Shown here piece after piece: positions 56,549 to 61,811 of a stretch of 61,811 nt of DNA (position 1 is its first letter; every line of letters starts with the position of its first letter). The notes beneath the pieces were generated by a model. It saw only the letters and a list, made by a program, of their open reading frames with translations. It had not been told where the DNA came from and made no database searches. Made by a program: the position numbers and the translations under genes. The DNA is taken from positions 1 to 61,811 of the forward strand of contig DASTUL010000031.1 of NCBI GenBank assembly GCA_035759645.1, given 5' to 3'. This stretch comes from Lysobacteraceae bacterium (GTDB lineage Bacteria > Pseudomonadota > Gammaproteobacteria > Xanthomonadales > Xanthomonadaceae).

Positions 56549-58199
56549 GGCAGCAGCGCTGCTGGCGGGTTGTGTCCACCAGCCATTCGCCGCGCCCGAG
56601 TACGTCGGCACCACCGAGCCGTTCGCGGAGCATGCGGTGTACTTCGTGCTGACGGACCGGTTCGCCAACGGGGACACGTCGAACGACCACCGCAACCAGG
56701 GCGGTCCGCACCGCACGTTCGACATCCCGGTCGCAGGCGGCCCGCCGGGGCGCAGCGCCAACATCGGCTACCTCGGCGGCGACTTCCGCGGACTGCTCGA
56801 CAACGCCGGTTACATCGCGGACATGGGTTTCGGCGCGGTGTGGCTCACGCCCATCGTCGACAACCCGGACCAGGCGTTCACCGGTGGCGAGCCGATCACC
56901 TGGGGCGCCTCGCTCAAGGACCACGGCAAGACCGGCTACCACGGCTACTGGGGCGTCAACTTCTATCGCCTGGACGAACACCTGCCGAGCGAGGGCCTGG
57001 ACTTCGCGGGCCTGACCGCGGGATTGCGCGAACACGGGTTGCTGACCGTGCTCGACATCGTCGGCAACCATGGGTCGCCTTCCTGGACGATGCCGGTCGA
57101 CCAACCGAAGTTCGGCGAGCTGTACGACCAGAACGGCGTCCTGGTCGCCGACCACATGAACCTGCCGCCAGGCGAGCTGGATCCGGCGAACGAGCCGTTG
57201 CATCGCTTCTTCCACACCGAGCCGGACCTGGTGCAGTTGTCGAACCTGGACGACACCAACCCGGAGGTGCTCGATTACCTGGCAGGCGCGTACCTGCAGT
57301 GGATCGACCAGGGCGCCGCGGCGTTCCGCGTCGACACCATCCGCCACGTGCCGTATCCGTTCTGGAAGGCGTTCACCGATCGCATCCGCGCCGAGCACCC
57401 GGGCTTCTTCCTGTTCGGCGAGGCGTTCGACCACGACGCCGCGAACATCGCACCGCATACATGGGCGGAGAACGGTGGCGTGAGCGTGCTCGACTTCCCG
57501 CTCAAGGCGGCACTGCAAGACGTGTTCGGCGCGAAGGACGCCGGTTTCGAGCGGTTGGCCGACGCGCTGTTCCTGGTCGACGGTCCCTACGCGAACCCGT
57601 ACGAGTTGATGACCTTCTACGACAACCACGACATGCCGCGCATGGACGCGACCGACGCCGGCTTCATCGACGCGCACCACTGGCTGTTCACCGCGCGCGG
57701 CATCCCGGTCATCTACTACGGGTCGGAAACCGGCTTCGAGCGCGGGCACGCCGAGCACGCCGGCAACCGCAACTTCTTCGGGCAGGAGCGCATCGACGCC
57801 GCCCCCGGCCATCCGATCCATGCCGCGCTCACGCGCATCGCGAAGCTGCGCGCCGGCACCCCGGCGCTGCAGCGCGGCCTGCAGGTGAACCTGTTGCTGG
57901 ACGGCGACCGCGCGGCCTTCTACCGCGTGCTGCAGCACGACGGCACCGCGCAGCAGGCGCTGGTGCTGCTGAACAAGGGCGACACCGCGGCGACGTTCGA
58001 CCTCGACGAATTGCAGCCGGGCTCCTGGGATGCTGCCTTGGGCGGTGATGCCCTGGGCGTCGGCCGCGATGGCTTGGCGACGCGCACCGTGCCCGCCCAC
58101 GACGTTGCGGTGTTCGTGCTGGACGCGCCGGTGCGCAACGCCGGTTTGCGCGAAAGCCTCGACAAGGCGATGGCCGGGAGGCAAGGTGGCCCGCCATGA
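56517..58199 (+). CDS. GH13 alpha-amylase-family lipoprotein
   Basis: Lipobox LLAGC and GH13 regions LDIVGNHG, AAFRVDTIRHV, FGEAFD and FYDNHD. The first 11 codons lie in a REP arm. Confidence 0.8.
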   Translation: MRWIPAFAGMTAAALLAGCVHQPFAAPEYVGTTEPFAEHAVYFVLTDRFANGDTSNDHRNQGGPHRTFDIPVAGGPPGRSANIGYLGGDFRGLLDNAGYIADMGFGAVWLTPIVDNPDQAFTGGEPITWGASLKDHGKTGYHGYWGVNFYRLDEHLPSEGLDFAGLTAGLREHGLLTVLDIVGNHGSPSWTMPVDQPKFGELYDQNGVLVADHMNLPPGELDPANEPLHRFFHTEPDLVQLSNLDDTNPEVLDYLAGAYLQWIDQGAAAFRVDTIRHVPYPFWKAFTDRIRAEHPGFFLFGEAFDHDAANIAPHTWAENGGVSVLDFPLKAALQDVFGAKDAGFERLADALFLVDGPYANPYELMTFYDNHDMPRMDATDAGFIDAHHWLFTARGIPVIYYGSETGFERGHAEHAGNRNFFGQERIDAAPGHPIHAALTRIAKLRAGTPALQRGLQVNLLLDGDRAAFYRVLQHDGTAQQALVLLNKGDTAATFDLDELQPGSWDAALGGDALGVGRDGLATRTVPAHDVAVFVLDAPVRNAGLRESLDKAMAGRQGGPP

Positions 58200-58537
58200 G
58201 CGAACTGACCGGCCTGCTGCGTGACCTCCGCATCGCCCTGCGCCGGGCGGTGCCGGGCTTCGAGCACCAGCCGTTGTCGCGCCGGCTGGATGCCGCCATC
58301 GAAGCGTCGGAGGCGCCGCCGCCCCCGGCCGCCAAGGTCGAACCCCACGACATCCACGCCCCCGGCAAGGTGATCCTGCAGATGGTCGCCGCCGGCCGCC
58401 GGGAGTTCACGCCGGAGCAGCGCGACTGGTGCCTGGGCGAGGCCATGGTGCTGACCGGCTTCAAGGAGGACCCGACCGCGTTGCTGGCGCGCGGCGACCA
58501 GGCATTGGCGACGCTCGTGATGAGCGGGCAGGGATAG
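58196..58537 (+). CDS. Hypothetical protein (113 aa), translationally coupled to the amylase
   Basis: ATGA overlap and high GC3. No recognisable domain. Confidence 0.45.
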   Translation: MSELTGLLRDLRIALRRAVPGFEHQPLSRRLDAAIEASEAPPPPAAKVEPHDIHAPGKVILQMVAAGRREFTPEQRDWCLGEAMVLTGFKEDPTALLARGDQALATLVMSGQG

Positions 58538-58552
58538 ACCCGCGGCGCCTAA

Positions 58553-59464
<912 letters not shown>

Positions 59465-59574
59465 ATGCGAGAACGGTGCCGAACGGCTCTGAATGCGTCC
59501 TGAATTCGGCCGGGTCCACCGTGGGAGCCTTCACGAAACGTCCATGTTCGAAATGCTCACATAGCCCCCGACGG

Positions 59575-59694
59575 ATGCAAGGTCCGTCGCTGATCTCTCC
59601 CCTCCCCTGGAGTGATCTGGAGCAGGACACCCCTCCCCAGGGTCCTGTTCCCCGGCCCCGCCGACCTCCCCCTAGGTCCGCGGGGCTTTTTATT
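59575..59694 (+). ncRNA. Candidate sX13-like small RNA (three stem-loops with C-rich loops plus an intrinsic terminator)
   Basis: SL1 spans 59592-59617 (loop cctcccct). SL2 spans 59623-59647 (loop acccctccccagg). SL3 spans 59655-59686 (12-bp stem, loop ccccct), followed by tttttatt. The 5' end is not defined. Confidence 0.45.
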
Positions 59695-59703
59695 GCCCCT
59701 CGT

Positions 59704-59735
59704 CGTAGCCCGGATGCAGCGAAGCGCAATCCGGG
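59704..59735. repeat. Single REP family C arm downstream of polA
   Basis: Sequence cgtagcccggatgcagcgaagcgcaatccggg. Confidence 0.8.
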
Positions 59736-59740
59736 ATCCG

Positions 59741-61811
59741 TCAGTGCGCCTCGTCCCAGTTATCGCCCGTGCCGCTGTCCACGACCAGCGGCACCCGCAG
59801 CTCGGCCGCGCCCGCCATCCGCCGCTCGACCTCGGCCAGCAGCGTGTCCACGAACCCGGCCTCGGCCTCGAACACCAGTTCGTCGTGCACCTGCAGGATC
59901 ATCAGGGCCTGCTGGCCGTGCGGCGCCAGCCAGGCATCGATTTCGATCATCGCGCGCTTGATGATGTCGGCCGCCGTCCCCTGCATCGGCGCATTGATGG
60001 CGGCGCGCTCGGCGCCGGCGCGCAGTCCCTGGTTCCGCGCGGCGATGTGCTCGAGGTACAGGCGCCGGCCGAAGACCGTCTCCACGTAGCCCTGGTCGCG
60101 CGCCTGCTGCCGGGTGCGCTCCATGAACTCGCGCACGCCCGGATAGCGGCTGAAGTACAGCGCGATGTAGTCCTGCGCCTCGCCGCGGCCGACGCCGAGC
60201 TGCTTGGCCAGGCCGAATGCGCCCATGCCGTACATCAGCCCGAAGTTGATCGCCTTCGCGGCCCGCCGTTCGTCCGGCGCCACCTGGTCGATCGCCTTGC
60301 CGAACACCTCGGCCGCCGTGGCGCGGTGGATGTCCTCGCCTGACGAGAACGCGCGCAGCAGGGCCGGGTCTTCCGACAAGTGCGCCATGATCCGCAACTC
60401 GATCTGCGAGTAGTCGCAGGCGACGATGCGCCGGCCCGGCGGGGCGACGAATGCGCGCCGGATGCGCCGTCCGTCCTCGGTCCGGATCGGGATGTTCTGC
60501 AGGTTGGGATCGCTGGAGGCGAGTCGCCCCGTCGCCGCGCCGGCCTGGTGGTAACTGGTATGCAGGCGGCCGGTGCGCGCGTTGACCATGCCCGGGAGCT
60601 TGTCGGTGTAGGTGCCGCGCAGCTTGGCCAGCCCGCGGTATTCGAGGATCACGCGCGGCAGCTCATGCTGGTCGGCGATCGCCTCCAGCGCCTCCTCGTT
60701 CGCGGACGGCTGGCCCTTCGGCGTCTTCACCAGCGCCGGCAGCTTCAGCTCCTCGAACAGCAGCTCGCACACCTGCTTGGGGGAGTCGAGATTGAACGGG
60801 CGGCCCGCCAGCCCGGTCGCGCGTTCCTGCGCGTCCAGCATGCGCTTGGCGAGGTCTGTCGACTGGCGGCGCAGCTCGGCGACGTCCACCAGCACGCCGT
60901 TCGCCTCGATGCGCTCGAGCACCGGCACGAGCGGCACCTCGATGGCGCGGTACACCTGCTGCAGCGCCGGCTCGGCCGCCACCCGCGGCGACAGCACGCG
61001 GTGCAGGCGCAATGTCACGTCCGCATCCTCGGCGGCGTAGCGCGTGGCGTCGTCCAGCGCGACCTGCGAGAACGAAATCTGCTTGACGCCCTTGCCGGCC
61101 ACGTCGGAGAACTTCACCGTCTCGTAGCCCAGGTAGCGCGAGGCCAGCGAGTCCATGTCGTGCCGCGTCGCGGTCGCGTTGAGCACGAAGCTCTCGAGCA
61201 TCGTGTCGTCCGCGTAGCCGCGCACTTCCAGCCCGTGGCAGCGCAGCACGTGCAGGTCGTACTTGCCGTGCTGGCCGATCTTGCGCTTGGCGGGATCGGT
61301 GAGCGCGGGCCGCAGCGCGTCGAGGACTTCGGCTATCGGCAACTGCTGCGGCACGCCCGGCGCGTCATGCCCGACCGGGATGTAACAGGCTTCGGCGACG
61401 GTGGTGCACAGGCTGATGCCGACCAGGTTCGCGCACAGTGCGTCGAGCGAATCGGTCTCGGTGTCGAAGGCGAACTCGTCGGCGGCCGCGAGCTTCGCGA
61501 CCCAGGCATCGAGCTGCTCGCGCGTCAATACGGTCTCGTAACGACCCGGCGCTGCCAGCGCGGGATCAACGGCCGGGGCCGGGCCCACGGCGGCGCGGGC
61601 ATAGCCGGCGGCCGTGTTGCGCATCCCCGCGGAAGCGGCCGCATCGCCGCCGCCGTCCTCCAGGTCGCGTAGCGCCTGGCGGAAGCCGTAGCGCGCGTAC
61701 AGCGTGCGCAGCGCGTCGACGTCGCGTTCCCGCAGGCGCAGGCAGTCGTGCGCGTGCTGCAGGTCCAGGTCGATCCGGATGGTCGCCAGGTCGCGGTTGA
61801 GCGGCAGCCGG
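59741..61811 (-). CDS. polA: DNA polymerase I (3'-5' exo and polymerase domains; 5' end runs off the window)
   Basis: FAFDTETDSL (Exo I), GHDAPG, DYSQIELRIMAHLS (motif A), RRAAKAINFGLMYG (motif B), and QVHDELVFE (motif C). The frame stays open upstream of the track Met to the window edge. Confidence 0.9.
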   Translation of the reverse strand, partial: RLPLNRDLATIRIDLDLQHAHDCLRLRERDVDALRTLYARYGFRQALRDLEDGGGDAAASAGMRNTAAGYARAAVGPAPAVDPALAAPGRYETVLTREQLDAWVAKLAAADEFAFDTETDSLDALCANLVGISLCTTVAEACYIPVGHDAPGVPQQLPIAEVLDALRPALTDPAKRKIGQHGKYDLHVLRCHGLEVRGYADDTMLESFVLNATATRHDMDSLASRYLGYETVKFSDVAGKGVKQISFSQVALDDATRYAAEDADVTLRLHRVLSPRVAAEPALQQVYRAIEVPLVPVLERIEANGVLVDVAELRRQSTDLAKRMLDAQERATGLAGRPFNLDSPKQVCELLFEELKLPALVKTPKGQPSANEEALEAIADQHELPRVILEYRGLAKLRGTYTDKLPGMVNARTGRLHTSYHQAGAATGRLASSDPNLQNIPIRTEDGRRIRRAFVAPPGRRIVACDYSQIELRIMAHLSEDPALLRAFSSGEDIHRATAAEVFGKAIDQVAPDERRAAKAINFGLMYGMGAFGLAKQLGVGRGEAQDYIALYFSRYPGVREFMERTRQQARDQGYVETVFGRRLYLEHIAARNQGLRAGAERAAINAPMQGTAADIIKRAMIEIDAWLAPHGQQALMILQVHDELVFEAEAGFVDTLLAEVERRMAGAAELRVPLVVDSGTGDNWDEAH

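Overview
This is a 61.8-kb high-GC chromosomal window. Gene content and the REP repertoire suggest Xanthomonadaceae/Lysobacteraceae; this is inferred from gene families, since no search could be run.

Gene order:
- mlaD-mlaC-mlaB-mlaA, then rmuC.
- hipBA module 1.
- A visibly AT-richer single-gene insertion encoding a PD-(D/E)xK-like + DUF2075/SF1-like NTPase, docked 6 nt behind a MATE efflux gene.
- A DUF938 methyltransferase-like gene and a secreted hypothetical.
- hipBA module 2, bracketed by REP doublets.
- A REC-EAL / soluble hybrid histidine kinase / Ofd1-type 2OG-oxygenase operon, followed by a second 2OG-oxygenase-fold gene, an orphan ParA-like ATPase and sixA.
- yceI and a PLD gene.
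- A small ORF and a DUF1232 gene that share a C-terminal tail.
- Thioesterase, acyltransferase, hydrolase, TPR and PEBP genes, then uppP.
- The Entner-Doudoroff operon zwf-pgl-edd-glk-eda.
- A roughly 24-kb starch/maltodextrin utilisation locus: a TonB-dependent receptor, an SSF and an MFS transporter, four GH13 enzymes, one GH97 enzyme, and non-glycosidase passengers.
- hemF, an sX13-like C-rich-loop sRNA candidate, and the 3' part of polA.

No rRNA, tRNA, CRISPR, integrase or transposase was seen.

Window-wide signal: three REP families occur about 20 times. Unusually many copies are read in frame as N-terminal, C-terminal or internal peptides of real genes.

Best candidates for something new:
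1. The low-GC nuclease-NTPase insertion lying between two hipBA modules.
2. The phosphorelay-oxygenase-SixA cluster.
3. A conserved 14-bp LacI-type operator present in all three divergent promoters of the starch locus, with no cognate regulator gene in the window.

Most very long ORFs in the six-frame track are antisense GC artefacts.
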